DNA from: Malacoraja senta
Taxonomy: Eukaryota
Assembly: GCA_038087875.1 (NCBI GenBank)
Contig: CM075989.1
Span: 17,734,001-17,798,000, forward strand
Length of the DNA: 64,000 nucleotides
Reading direction: 5' to 3'
Positions 41,301 to 53,900 of this stretch are shown here, in pieces. The position numbers and the translations under genes were made by a program. How positions within the stretch are numbered: the first letter of the stretch is position 1; each line of letters opens with the position of its first letter. The notes under the pieces are model-generated. The model made no database searches, was not told the DNA's origin, and saw only the letters and a list, made by a program, of their open reading frames with translations.

Positions 41301-44300
41301 CACTTCCACGTGGTCCGTCCTCATCCGTCGGTCGGCGCCATCATCAACCGTTGCACCGATCTCTCCACTATCGTTACCGGGTCCCCTCCAGACGCCTCCG
41401 TGGTGCCGACCCAGGCCCCAGCTGTGGGCTCCGCAACCCTGGGGCCATCGGCCATGGGCTTCGCGACCCGCAAGGCTCCGACCCACGATGCTTCGACCTG
41501 AGGGGCTCCGACCCGCAAGGCTCAGGCCTCAGCTTCTCAGCGGCCCTCGGGAATGCGTCTGCCGCAGCGGCCCTCCAGAAAGCATCCAGCTGGAAGAAAA
41601 TGTCCCTGAATCTGGAGGTGTGCATTTTCACACTTCTGTACCTCTTGCCTGATGGGAGAGGGGAGAAGAGGGAGTGGCCGGGGCGCGACTTGTCCTTGAT
41701 TATGATGGTGGTCTTGCCCAGGCAGCACCAAGTGTAAATGGAGTCAATGGGAGGGAGGTTGGTTTGTGTGATGGTCTGGGGTGAGTCCACAATGCTCTGT
41801 AATTTCTTGCGGTCTTTGATGTCTGACCAGCATAAAGAGCCATCCCTGTGCCAACCCATCACTTTTTATAACGGCATCCTATTCATTACTTGTGTGACAT
41901 CCTTTATCATTGCTCAGTTAGACAACATACAATACAATACAATACAATACTGTTTATTATCTTTTGAACCTCAAATGAAGTTCAAACGAAATTTGGTTTC
42001 TGCAGTCATACAACAACAAGAAAGACCAAGACACACAATTAACACAATTTAATTGCAATTTAAGTCCAATTCTGTGTCCAGGGGCTGGTTTAAACCAAAG
42101 ATAGAAACAAAAAACCTGAATAACTATGTGGGTCAGGCAGCATCTCTGGACAAAAGGAATAGGTGATGTTTCAAGTCGATACCTTTCTTCAGTCTCCAGA
42201 CTTCAGTCTGAAGAAGGATCTCGACCTGAAATGTCACCTGTTCCTTTTCTCCAGAGATGCTGCCTGACCCACTGAGTTATTCCAGCTTTTTGAGTGTATC
42301 CAGAGGAATCTAGCCAATAGCACTATTGAACACTTAAAATCTGTTGCTCCTGCTCTCTATGTTGGTCTGTCTTTTAATTAAAATGTTTTACAAGAGAGGA
42401 TTTTAAATTAAACAATTTTGGCCTGTACAAGTCAAATTTATATGACAAAAATTAAGCTATACATACAAATAAAGAGAATTCCAGAAGGCTAAATAATGAG
42501 AAATCCACTTAAAAAAAAATGTTTTGGCAATATTAAATCAACAGTTATATGATTCATTTGTGCCAAGAATCCCCAGAAATTTTCAGTGCGCTTTGAACTT
42601 GAGTCCATCAGAGGTATTTTGCTTTTGGGTTGTATGGTAAATATTTATCCATCTATTAATGTTTCTGTGGAGAGTTGGGTCCATAACTATGCAAAGAATA
42701 TTTCGCAAACTCTCTTACAACCTGGCCACGAATATATTGTTGGTGAGACTAGGAACCAGGGTGGAGGGCGGGAAAATTCCACATGCGATAGAGCATCGTG
42801 GATTGAACCTAGATAGCGTGGATGCTGAAAGAATGTTTCCACTAGTGGGAGAGTCTAAGACCAGAGGGCACAGCCTCCGAATAAAAGGACGTACCTTTAG
42901 AAAGGAGGAATTTATTTAGTCAGTGGGTGGTGAATCTGTGGAATTCATTGCCACAAACAGCTGTGGAGGTCATCATTGGGTATTTTTAGATTGACAGATT
43001 ATTGATTAGTATGGGTGTCAGGGGTTATAGGGAGAAGGCAGGAGAATGGGGTTGAGAGCAAAAGATAGATCAGCCATGATTGAATGGCGGAGTAGACTTG
43101 ATGGGCCAAATGACTCTCCCATTAGTGGAAACATCATCTCTACATCCACTCTATCTTTCCTTCTCAACCCCATTCTCCTGCCTTCTCCCCATCACCCCTG
43201 ATAAGGGTCCGAAGTATGGTCTCAACCCGAAACGTCACATATCGATGTTCTCCAGCGATGCTGCCTGACCTGCTGAGTTATCCAGCACTTTGTGTCCTTT
43301 TGTGTATTAACCAGCATCTGCAGTTCTTTATTTCTACGAGACGATATCTGCCATTGATTTTCAGTTGTCAGAACAAACAGCCCAGCACTATAACCCTTCA
43401 TTTTACTTCAAACTGACAGGTTATTTGTGATCTTCAAAGCAGTCTTGTTTCCACCACTTTGTAATGCTTTACAAATGCCCTTTGGCAAATTGGGAAGATC
43501 GAAGAATACAACTTTCGGTTGAAAAAGGACATAATCTGCGTTTGATTTACAAGTTCCCGAGTAAGCGCTATCCAGTTGAGTTAACATGAGTCAATTTCGC
43601 TGTGTTAAGATTATTGGTGGGAAGAGTATTACATATTTATCCATCTATACCAAGTGCACAGAAAGACTTGTCTGAAAGGCTTGGCTTTGTCAACGACCGG
43701 AACAAGGAGACCCCGTGTTGCTTTATACAACTCTCAGAAAAGAAAGATGTTGTCACATGGAGTGGAAACTCTGTCGCTCCCCAAAGTGTTCATCTTTTCC
43801 ACCCGCCTCCCTGGCGCGGAGCCCAGCTCTCCTATCTCCTTGCAAATTCAGCTTAGCAACCGATAACCAGAGAACATAGGTTTAAGGGGAGGGGGGAAAG
43901 ATGGGTATCTTTTTCCACACAAAGGGTAAGCACAAAATGCTGGAGTAACTCAGCTGGACAGGCAGCATCTCTGGAGAGGAGGTATGGGTGACGGGACCCA
44001 TCTTCAGACTCAAAGGGCGGTGGGTGCATGGAACGAGCTGCCGGAGGAGGTAGTTGAGGCGGTACTATCACAACGTTAAGAAACATTTTAGACAACATCT
44101 TTCTTTTCCGTTCCTATACGACAGGCGGCGCTTCTATACTCATTCGGTGTTTATAAACCTTTATGGAATAAAAATGCAATTAAACAGCAAATGCTGGGAT
44201 CGCTCAGAAGACCAGGGACGTGTGGAAGGGAGTTAATGTTGGAGCCCAACCGACAGCGTTTCCAACATCTCATGCCTTCAGCTTGAAACATAGAAAAATA

Positions 44301-46469
44301 GGTGCAGGAGTAGGCCGCTCGGCCCTTCGAGCCATTCAATATGATCATGGCTGATCATCTCAAATCAATACCCCGTTCTGCTTTCTCCCCATATCCCTTG
44401 ATTCCTTTAACCCTAAAAGCTACATCTAACTCCCTCTTGAACATTTCAGCATCTGCTGTTGGACATTTTACTTTTCCAATTAAAATTACAAATCTATACA
44501 ACCGTGTTGGTCATATCGTCGTCACTCTTGATTGGTTAAACATTTGTAGTTGCAGCTGATCGCTGAGTAAAACGGGATGGACAGTCTTTGGTTACCCATT
44601 AAAGTCGGTCATTGACACCGCTGGAAAGGAACATGTCTCACAGCTGAAGCTGGAAATCACCGCCAACTAAATACTTCAAACCCGGACATTTCATTCGAGT
44701 GGCTTCACCAGATTTATAGTTTTTGTTCTAAAGCAGAAACCGTGTTACAGTCGGGACTTGGTTCAACTTCAGAGGAAAGACGTTTTATTTAATATTTTCA
44801 AGTACATGAGCCATAAAAGAATTGAAGTCCCGGGAACCAAGCACCGGAGAACGTTTTATACTGGTGGTAAATGTGCATTTAAAAATAAACTCGGCACGCT
44901 GCTTTTCAACATTTCCGGGTCACACTCAGTCGTGGGAATCTCTTGCTGGGGTCTTTCAGTTCCCGCTGTGACAGCTGAGTCCCGGCCGGGACAGTTGCTT
45001 TGCCGAGTTCACCACGGGGTTTTCTGTACTTGGGCCAAAGGAGAGACTGCAGCTTGAGCGGCACAGCGCGACACACGAAGACCAAGAAACCATGGGTAGG
45101 TCCCATTAGTTAAAGCAGACAGCTGCAGGATTGTGGAGGTTGGGGATATGGAGAGGACCGAAGAAGGACATTTGTTGAAATATTAAGAGATATGTTGGAA
45201 ATTAAAGACACATTGACTTGTTTCTGAATCTTTGATATAATAGTGTGTCTGACATGATGAGGAAATCAGCTTCAAGCTGGAACATGCCCAGAGTAGGGGA
45301 ATCGAGAACCAGATTCAAGGTGATAGGTTCAAGGTGAGGGGGGGAGATTTCATAGGAACCGGAAGGGTAATATTTTTACACAAAGGGCAGTGGGTGTAAG
45401 GAACAAGCTGCCGGAGCAGGTAGTTGAGGCAGGTACTAGCGCGACGTTTAAGAAACAATGAGACAGGTACATGGATAGGAAAGGTTTTAGGGGGACATGG
45501 GACAAACACAGGCAGGTGGGACAAGTGTAGCTGGGACATGTTAGCCGGTGTGGGCAATTTGGGCCGAAGGGCCTGTTTTTATGCTGTATGACTGTGACTC
45601 ATTTATCATTGAAGCGTGAGGTGGTGACGCGGGTGCAATTTGTTTCCGTTGTTGCATCTGTCCATGGAGCTGTGGAGCAACTCACTTTAAAGTCGTTTAT
45701 TTTATTGTCACGTTTACCGAGGTACAGTGAAGAACTGTTGTTGCGTGCTAACCAGCCAGAGGAAAGATAATACATGATAAAGACAACACATTGACAATAC
45801 AATTGAGCCATCCACAGTGTACATGAAAAGGGGGATAACATGAATAACGTTTGGTGCAAGGTAAAGCCAGTAGCCGGGGCATGGTCTGAGGTCCGACACT
45901 ACTCCGTCAGTCTCTTGAGCAAAACATTGCTGTTGCGGTAGATTTAATCAGATGCTTTCAATACGATAATCTGAAATTTGGATTTCCTCCTATTATTTCC
46001 CATGGAAACCGACGCTGGGGCATTAACTACAACAAGACAGTGTTCACTTGTCAGACACCACAAAGGGCCTATTCTTCAGAGAGGTTATCAGTGTAAACCA
46101 TCATCACATGTGCTACATATTGTATCCAATGTCGGATTATTTTAACCAATTACACAAAACGCTGAGTTTATGGATTCTGACACGACTTGTGAAGTTGGCC
46201 TTTATTTCCGGGTTTAACTACACTTTAAACAACGAAATTTATGATTTTGTTTAAATATTCAGCAGGCAATTCATATGTTATCGGAGCTGAATTTTGCTCT
46301 TCGGCCCATCAAGTCTACTCCGCCATTGAATCATGGCTGATATATCTTTCCCTTCCAACTCCATTATTCTGCCTTCTCCCCATAAGCCCCGACACGTTTA
46401 CTAATTAAGATTCAAATGCACTGTTTCCCCTACAATTCATTATCATAATCTATTCTAAACAACCAAAGT

Positions 46470-46898
46470 AACATAGAAACATAGAAAATAGGTGCAGGAG
46501 TAGGCCATTCGGCCCTTCGAGCCTGCACCGCCATTCGATATGATCATGGCTGATCACCCAACTCAGTATCCCATCCCTGCCTTCTCTCCATACCCCCTGA
46601 TCCCTTTAGCCACAAGGGCCACATCTAACTCCCTCTTAAATATAGCCAATGAACTGGCCTCAACTACCTTCTGTGGCAGAGAGTTCCAGAGATTCACCAC
46701 TCTCTGTGTGAAAAATGTTTTTCTCATCTCGGTCCTAAAGGATTTCCCCTTAATCCTTAAACTGTGACCCCTTGTCCTGAACTTCCCCAACATCGGGAAC
46801 AATCTTCCTGCATCTAGCCTGTCCAACCCCTTAAGAATTTTGTAAGTTTCTATAAGATCCCCACTCAATCTTCTAAATTCTAGCGAGTACAAGCCGAG
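46470..46898 (-). mobile_element. CR1-type LINE 3' fragment, young subfamily
   Basis: LGLYSLEFRRLSGDLIETYKILKGLD...QRVVNLWNSLP; very similar to 8098-8475. Confidence 0.88.
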
Positions 46899-47922
46899 TA
46901 CAAACAAAACACATTCACTGTAAAAATAAGTCCAAGTTTGGTGGACATTATATGTTGTATAGAGATGTAAAGAATCAGGATCAATAAAGTCATTGAGCCA
47001 GTTGGTCTGTGGCCAAATCCATGGTCTAGGGTGCCTCTTGCTGCATTCTCTGAGCTGTCAGTAATTCCTTCTATTATTTTCCCCATCATATACCTCCCCT
47101 TGAATGTCCCGATGAAACTTCACCAAACCTCTCCATGCAGTCTGAGGAAAGGTCCTGACCCAAAACGTTACCCATCCATGTTCTCCAGAGATGCTGCCTG
47201 ACCCGCTGAGTTACTCCAGCACCTTGTTGTCTACCTTTGACATCATGTTAATTGCTGGTCTCCACACAAAGTGCAGACCCCTCTGTGTCCGCAGATGCTG
47301 CTTGGTCTGCTGAATTTCTCCAGCAATTCGTTCGTGACAACATTTAAGCTTCTGTTGTCTCTTGTGCTTTCATAATTAATTGGCAGTTTATTCACAGGTC
47401 AATTATAGCATTTACCAACCAATTACAGGAACAGTTCATTACTTAATAAGTTCTGCTTGCCTCATAAAGTTATCAGCCAGCTGTACCATCTGATCCATCT
47501 CTTCATTATCATGATTAAATTGATGCCCTTGTGTAAGAAGGTGTTTAGTTTAGTTTAGAGATACAGTGCGGAAACAGGCCTTCAACCCTCCAAGTCTGCA
47601 TCGACCAGCAATCCTCATACACTAACACTATCTTACACACACTAGGGACAATTTACAATTTTATTGAAACCAATTAACCTACAAACCTGTATGTTTTTGG
47701 AGGGTGGGAGGAAACCAAAGTTCTTTGAGAAATCCCATGCAGGTCACAGGGAGGACATACAAACTCCATGCAGACAAGCACCCATAGTCAGGATCGAACC
47801 CGGGTGTTTGGCACTGTGAGGAATCAACTCTACCGCTGGAAATGTGATTGAGATCCTCTTTCCCTGCAGGTCTCGTTTATCTTGGAGCTCACAGAAGCAC
47901 ACCTCCAACTGGAAAACCAGAC

Positions 47923-47980
47923 ATGAGCGGTTTGTTGAAATACCTCTTTGGTTGCTTCATCCTGTGTTTGCTGTTGCAAG
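47923..47980 (+). CDS. SLC51B: SLC51B signal-peptide exon (MSGLLKYLFGCFILCLLLQG)
   Basis: Acceptor ctgcag at 47869, ATG at 47923, phase-1 donor GTAATC at 47981. Confidence 0.88.
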
Positions 47981-50900
47981 GTAATCATTGCTGAGTGTGT
48001 GTGAGGGAGACAGTATAAACATTCAACAACATCTATCCCATAGAGTGATTAAACTTTATAGTTGCTCACTGGTGCAGAGGCCATGAGTACAGGGCGGAGA
48101 TATTCTACAAGATGTTAGATATGGTTTTCATGAATCAGTGTTACACAGATGAAATTGTCATGTTCATAAATTACATGAGAAGAATTAGACTATTCAGCCC
48201 ATCATCTGCTCATGGCTATCTATCGTCTCAATCCCATTCTCCTGCCTTCTCCCCATCACCTCTGACACCCATGCTAAATCAAAGATCTGTCAATCTACAT
48301 CCCACAGATTCACCACCCACTGACTAACGAAATTCCCTCTCATCGCCTTTCTAAAGGTACATCCTTTTATTCTGAGGCTATGGCCTCTGATCCTAGATCC
48401 TCACACTAGTGGAAACATCCTCTCCACACATCCACTCTATCCAGGCCTTTCACTATTCGGTAAATGTCAGTAAGGTTCCTCCTCATCCTTCTAAACTCCA
48501 GCAAACACAGGCCCAGTGCCTTCAAACGCTGACCTTATGTTAACCTAATCATTCCTGGGATATTTCTCGTAAACTTCCTCTGGACCCTCTCCAACCCTTT
48601 TGGTTTCAGATAATGAGATCCACTGGCTCCACTGTCATCTTTGAAAGAATCTTCCAATTCTGCTTTTCACTTTTTACCCAAGGATCCCCAAACTATTTAT
48701 CTTTGCAAGTTTAGTTCCCTTAATATATAAACTTTCACCCGAGAGAACCATGAACCAAAATGTCTTCTTCGAAAATCACAAATCATTAACTTGTTTTCCC
48801 AATCAGAGTCAAGTGAGCCATCTGTAATGAGTCAATTCTCAATCACTGTGCTCACAAATGCCTTACATATCTCTGTTGCTTAGAAGCAAAGAACTGCAGA
48901 TGCTGGTAAATATGCAAAAGGACATAAGTGCTGCAGGTCAGGCAGCATCTCTGGAGAATGTAGATAGGTGGCGTTTCGGGTCGAGACCCTTCTTCGGTCT
49001 GAAGAAGGTTCTCAACCTATAACGTCAACTATCCATGTTCTCCAGAGATGCTGCCTGACCTGCTGAGTTACTCCAACACTTTGTGCCCAATCTCTGTTGG
49101 CTTCATTTTGGTTTATAATATTGGGAACACTGGCTCTGTTGGTCAACAGATGCATCCCAATTACATCACATACACAGATCTCCACTCCCACAGAAGTTTT
49201 TCACTGTTGCCAAAACTTGGCTGGGAGTGTTTTCTTTAACCTGCCTTTGTAGAGAATCCATATAAAATACTGAACCTGCCTAGATTAAGTGTACAAACCT
49301 TGTAGCAGGTTGGAATTTCTTTCTTCAGCTGTTGTCAACCCCTTTGCCTTAGCAAGGGTCTGGACCACTACAGTTCACCAACCAACATCAAGATCAACAT
49401 GCAGTGCCTTTGGCTCTCCACAATGCACTGGACCACTTGGACAATAAGAACAAGTACATCAGGCTGGTGTTCACAGACTATAGCTTGGTGTTCAATATTA
49501 TCATCCTCTCCAAACTTATGAAACTCAAAGAACTGGGTCTCTGCTCATACCTATGTAATTGAATCCTTGACTTCCTTACCAGCAGTACAAATTGGCAACA
49601 ACACTTCCTCCTTGATAACCGTGAGCACAGGAATACCTGAGGGTTGTGTGCTTCGTGCCCTGGTCTACTCTCTCTGTACCCAAGGATTGTGTAGCTTTGA
49701 TGCCACATTTAAATTCACCAACAATACCACCGTTGTTGGACAAGTAGCGGGTAACGATGAGTCAGAGTACAGAAGGGAGATTGAAGATCAGATTGAATTA
49801 TGTCAGAACAACAATCTTCCTGTCAACATTACCAAGACCAAGGAGCTGATTGTTGACGTCAGGAAGGGAACGATAAGGTTCTTATGAACCTGTCTTCATC
49901 GATGGGACAGTGGAGGAGAGTCAACAGATTCCTGGGTGTGCCCATCTCTGAAGGTCTGTATTGGGCCCAGCTCATTGACGCAATCACAAAGTAAGCTCAT
50001 CAACGCCTCCACTGTGACGACACACGGGATCTCCTCAATCAGGTGTGCAGTAGGAACCACACTGACTGCATCATGACCTGGTTCAGTAACTCGAACGCCC
50101 AAGAATGAAGGAGGTCGCAGAAAATGGTAGACATTGGCCAGTCTCCCATTGGTATTACATATTTCAGTTTTGCAATATTATAGTTACCTAGTATCACTGA
50201 TTATTAATTTATTGTATTATAGATTATTGGGCAATTCCTTGTTGTGTCTTTGCAATATTAGGCAGCTTAAGCTGCAGCAAATAATAATCACATTGTTTTG
50301 TTCCAATACAAATGACAAATAAACATTCTTGATGCTCGACTCTCCAGCCTGTAACCTGAGTGTGAGATTACCTCCTTTGGCAATGGAAATTTGGTTGAGT
50401 GAATATTGCTGTCACTTCAGGCCTTGATCCTGAATTAAACATTAGTTAATGCCGGGAACTGCTGCTCATTAAGGAAAGATAAATCACAGTATAACCCACC
50501 GTGAGATAAGCGAGTTCAGTAACCGCTCGAGTAATGACGTGGGTGTAGCTGTGATAGCAGTTAGCCTTTGGAACTGTCACAAACACAGATGAAACTCCAT
50601 TGCAAACATTCTTGCTTCATAGTTCATTGTATTTCTGTTCTTTCAATTCTTTCAGTTAAAAACATGCTTTATAAATTATTTTTCTTTCTTTCATTCCCCG
50701 ATCAGCAAAGAGTTCTTGCTTCTGCTTCTCTGCTGCTGCACATAGACGTGGATGGAGCTGGGCTGAGGATAGCTCAGTGGGACAGGCACTCAGAACCACA
50801 CACCCGCACTGGCAGATGTGTCGACACTTCCACGGGCTCTGCCAAAGAACCTCCTCTTGTCACTGTGTGTAGGAAGGAATTGCAGATGCTGGTTTACACA

Positions 50901-53900
50901 GAAGATAGACACAAAATGCTGGAGTAACTCAGCGGGTCAGGCAGCATCTCTGGAGAAAAGGAACCAGTTCAGTTTAGTTTAGTTTATTGTCACGTGTACC
51001 GAAGTACAGTGAAAAGCTTTTGTTGCGTGCTAACCAGTCAGCAGAAAGACGATACATGATTACAATCGAGCATTTACAGAATATAGATACATGATAAAGG
51101 AATTATGTTTAGTGCAAGATTACGCCAGCAAAGACTGATCAAGGATAGTCCGAGGAATAGGTGATGTTTTGGGTCTGATGAAGGGTCTAGAATGCCACCT
51201 GACCTGCTGAGTTACTCCAGCATTTTTGTGTCTACTTTTTTTCACAGACCCCTCGCGTTATTTGTAATCATGGCTGAAATATCGTGGATTCACCACAGAT
51301 CAGACCCTCGCCTGTGTTCCTCTAGAAAGCCCTTGGAAGATATAAAAATAATTCATGCTAAATGCCATTCCAGTTTTCCCGGTGTAATGTGTAACGTCAC
51401 TTGTACTGCCACGAAGCTGTTGATCGGATGCGTAACAGCCTGACCCGTGTAAATCTTCAAGCCCTCCACTCTCTGTGAAGAATACACTCAGGCACTGAAT
51501 CCCACAGCCCCTGAATTTTGCTTTGTCAATTGGCCAAAATAAAGTGTATAAAACGGTGGCGCAGCGGTAGAGTTGCTGCCTCACAGTGCCAGAGACCCGG
51601 GTTCGATCCAGACTATGGGTGCTGTCTGAACGGAGTTTGCATGTTCTCCCTGTGACCATGTGGGTTTGCTCCGGGTGCTCTGGTTTCCTCCCATAATTCA
51701 AAGACGTACAGGTTTGTAGGTTAATTGGCTTCTGTAAAATGTCCCTCGTGTGTTGGATAGTGTTAGTGTACGTATGGTCAGCGCAGACCCGGTGGGCCGA
51801 AGGGCCTGCTTCCACGCTGTATCTCTAAGAGGAAGAAGATTGAACTTTATTGCCTTCCACCACAGTGAGGAATGTGTAATCCACTGTGCTGGATATTTAT
51901 GTTAACTTTTATGTAGTTGTGTGTCTAGTTGCTTTTCACTTACTATGGCTGTATGGTAACTCAAATTTCACTGTACCCTAATTGGTACATGTGACAATAA
52001 ACTGACCTTGAAACCTTGAAAGTCTAAAGTAAAGATTGCAACTTGCTGCGTTTTCTCTGAATGTGTGCAGGAGTCGACGTTTTTGTGATGAAGAGCGTTA
52101 AGGGTCAATGTTTAGTGGCCTCTGTGAGAGACAGCCGTGTGTTAACGGCGACATGCAACTCTGACTCACCACTCAAGGAATGGACGTGGAAAGGAACCCG
52201 GCTCTACAATCGAGGGACCAAGCGATGCCTCTCGGCAGATGGGACCTTCCTTGTTATGACCGCAGTTTGTGAAAACGGGACCAGCCTCGCGTGGGTTTGC
52301 AGGGACCGCAATGTCGTCCACGTGGAGACGTCTCGGTTCCTGACCAGTGACGGGCCCGCGGTGTCGATTACCAGAGACAAGAGGAAAAAATCCAGATGGA
52401 GGTCGGCAAATAACACCAACATCTGCGAGGAGCAACTTCGGGGTAAGAACGAGAAATCAGAGATGGATATGGGAGACGCAGGAACTCAAATCCTTCAGGA
52501 AAATGAATTCTGGAGATCAGAAGTGGAAACAGAGAGTGCTGGAAATAATTGGAAGTTCAGGTAGAATTTGTGCAGAGGGAAACACAGTTAACCTTGCAGG
52601 TTGGTGACTAATCTTCAGAGCACTTCCCTCTCACAGATGATGCCTGATCGGAAGACTACGTCTGGGCATTTTCTGTTTAATCAAGTGCGATTCGCAGCAC
52701 GGCCTGTAGTTTTAGTTACACTGGTCGAAAACTGAATCAAATGATCATGATTGGTGCAGGATGTGGATTTGACCTTGCACCGTGCTAAATGTGATCAGAT
52801 TGTAACCTTTTTAAAGTTGTTGCTTCATATTTTCCAACTCAACAGTAGGCTGTGGAGGCCAAGTCAATGGATATTTTTAAGGCGGAGATAGATAGATTAT
52901 TGATGAGTACGATTGACAGGGGTTATGGGGAGAAGGCAGGTGAATGGGGTTAGGAGAGAGAGATAGATCAGCCATGATTGAATGGCGAAGTAGACTTGAT
53001 GGGCCAAATGGCCTAATTCAGCTCCTATCACTTATGAACATGAACAACTTTTATAAGCAGATCCCCTCACTAACCTTAAAAGAAGAAATTTGAGAAGCTA
53101 AAAGCCTCAAAACAAATATATTGGCAAAGAGCAGAAGGTAATTTTGAATTATTTCATAGGATTCATGAGAGCTCCCAGACTCTCTGAAGGACATAAATGA
53201 CGCCAGGAACAACCCAACGTGCTTATTCTTGGTTTAAATTATTGATTCGCTGCCGCAATCATAAGCAAGTCAAGTGCGAATAGAAATGTTCCATCTCCAC
53301 ACTTTCAGAACAGTGAGAAAGCCCTGGGCTCCACAAGCTCAATTGAAGCTCAGTTTGAAGGTGATGGCAAATTCAAACTACCTTCTTGGGTCTTTTCCCA
53401 TTGACTGTTTTTAAAGTGTGAGTTTGGAGCAAAGACATCAGTACGTTATTTACCATCTTGGTCTCATCCAACGTTCCCCAGCAATTTGTTAACATAAAGA
53501 CCCATATGTGATGAGGACCATATATTTCTGTGATAGGCTAGATTTTGAGGCCAATGGGATTAGTTTACCGAGGCATCTTGACCAGATGGGCCTGTTTCCA
53601 TGCGCATAACTCTATCAATCACATCTATCAATAGGTCAGACACCAAAGTCAACTCCCTTGCTTCCCTTTGAGGATTTTACCTGGAGAGGGCAATGGTTTA
53701 ACTTCTCTTGTGGACATGTCAGCTCTGACTGGACTGCCCAATATGCCCTCTGCTGCAGTGACTGTCAACTTAGAGTTTGGCGCTCAGTTTCTGTAGTGGA
53801 ACTGGAACACCTAACCTTCTAACTCAGATACATGAGGTTACTCAGGCCAGCACTCCAGGATTTAACTGGTTCACAACAGACCATGTTGTTGCTTTGAGTC

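Noticed and set aside
41124..41862. Cluster of GC-rich overlapping ORFs
   Set aside because: Repeat-derived: a LINE C-terminal fragment plus a GC-rich repeat with a short internal duplication and no coherent protein.
51553..51620. tRNA gene
   Set aside because: Box A and B are present but run into a SINE body and LINE-like tail, with many degenerate copies; this is a SINE head.
52061..52564. Stand-alone 167-aa ORF as an independent gene
   Set aside because: Its ATG lies in the splice acceptor, it has no signal peptide despite disulfide-type Cys, and the domain ends at a GTAAG donor; it is better read as an internal exon.
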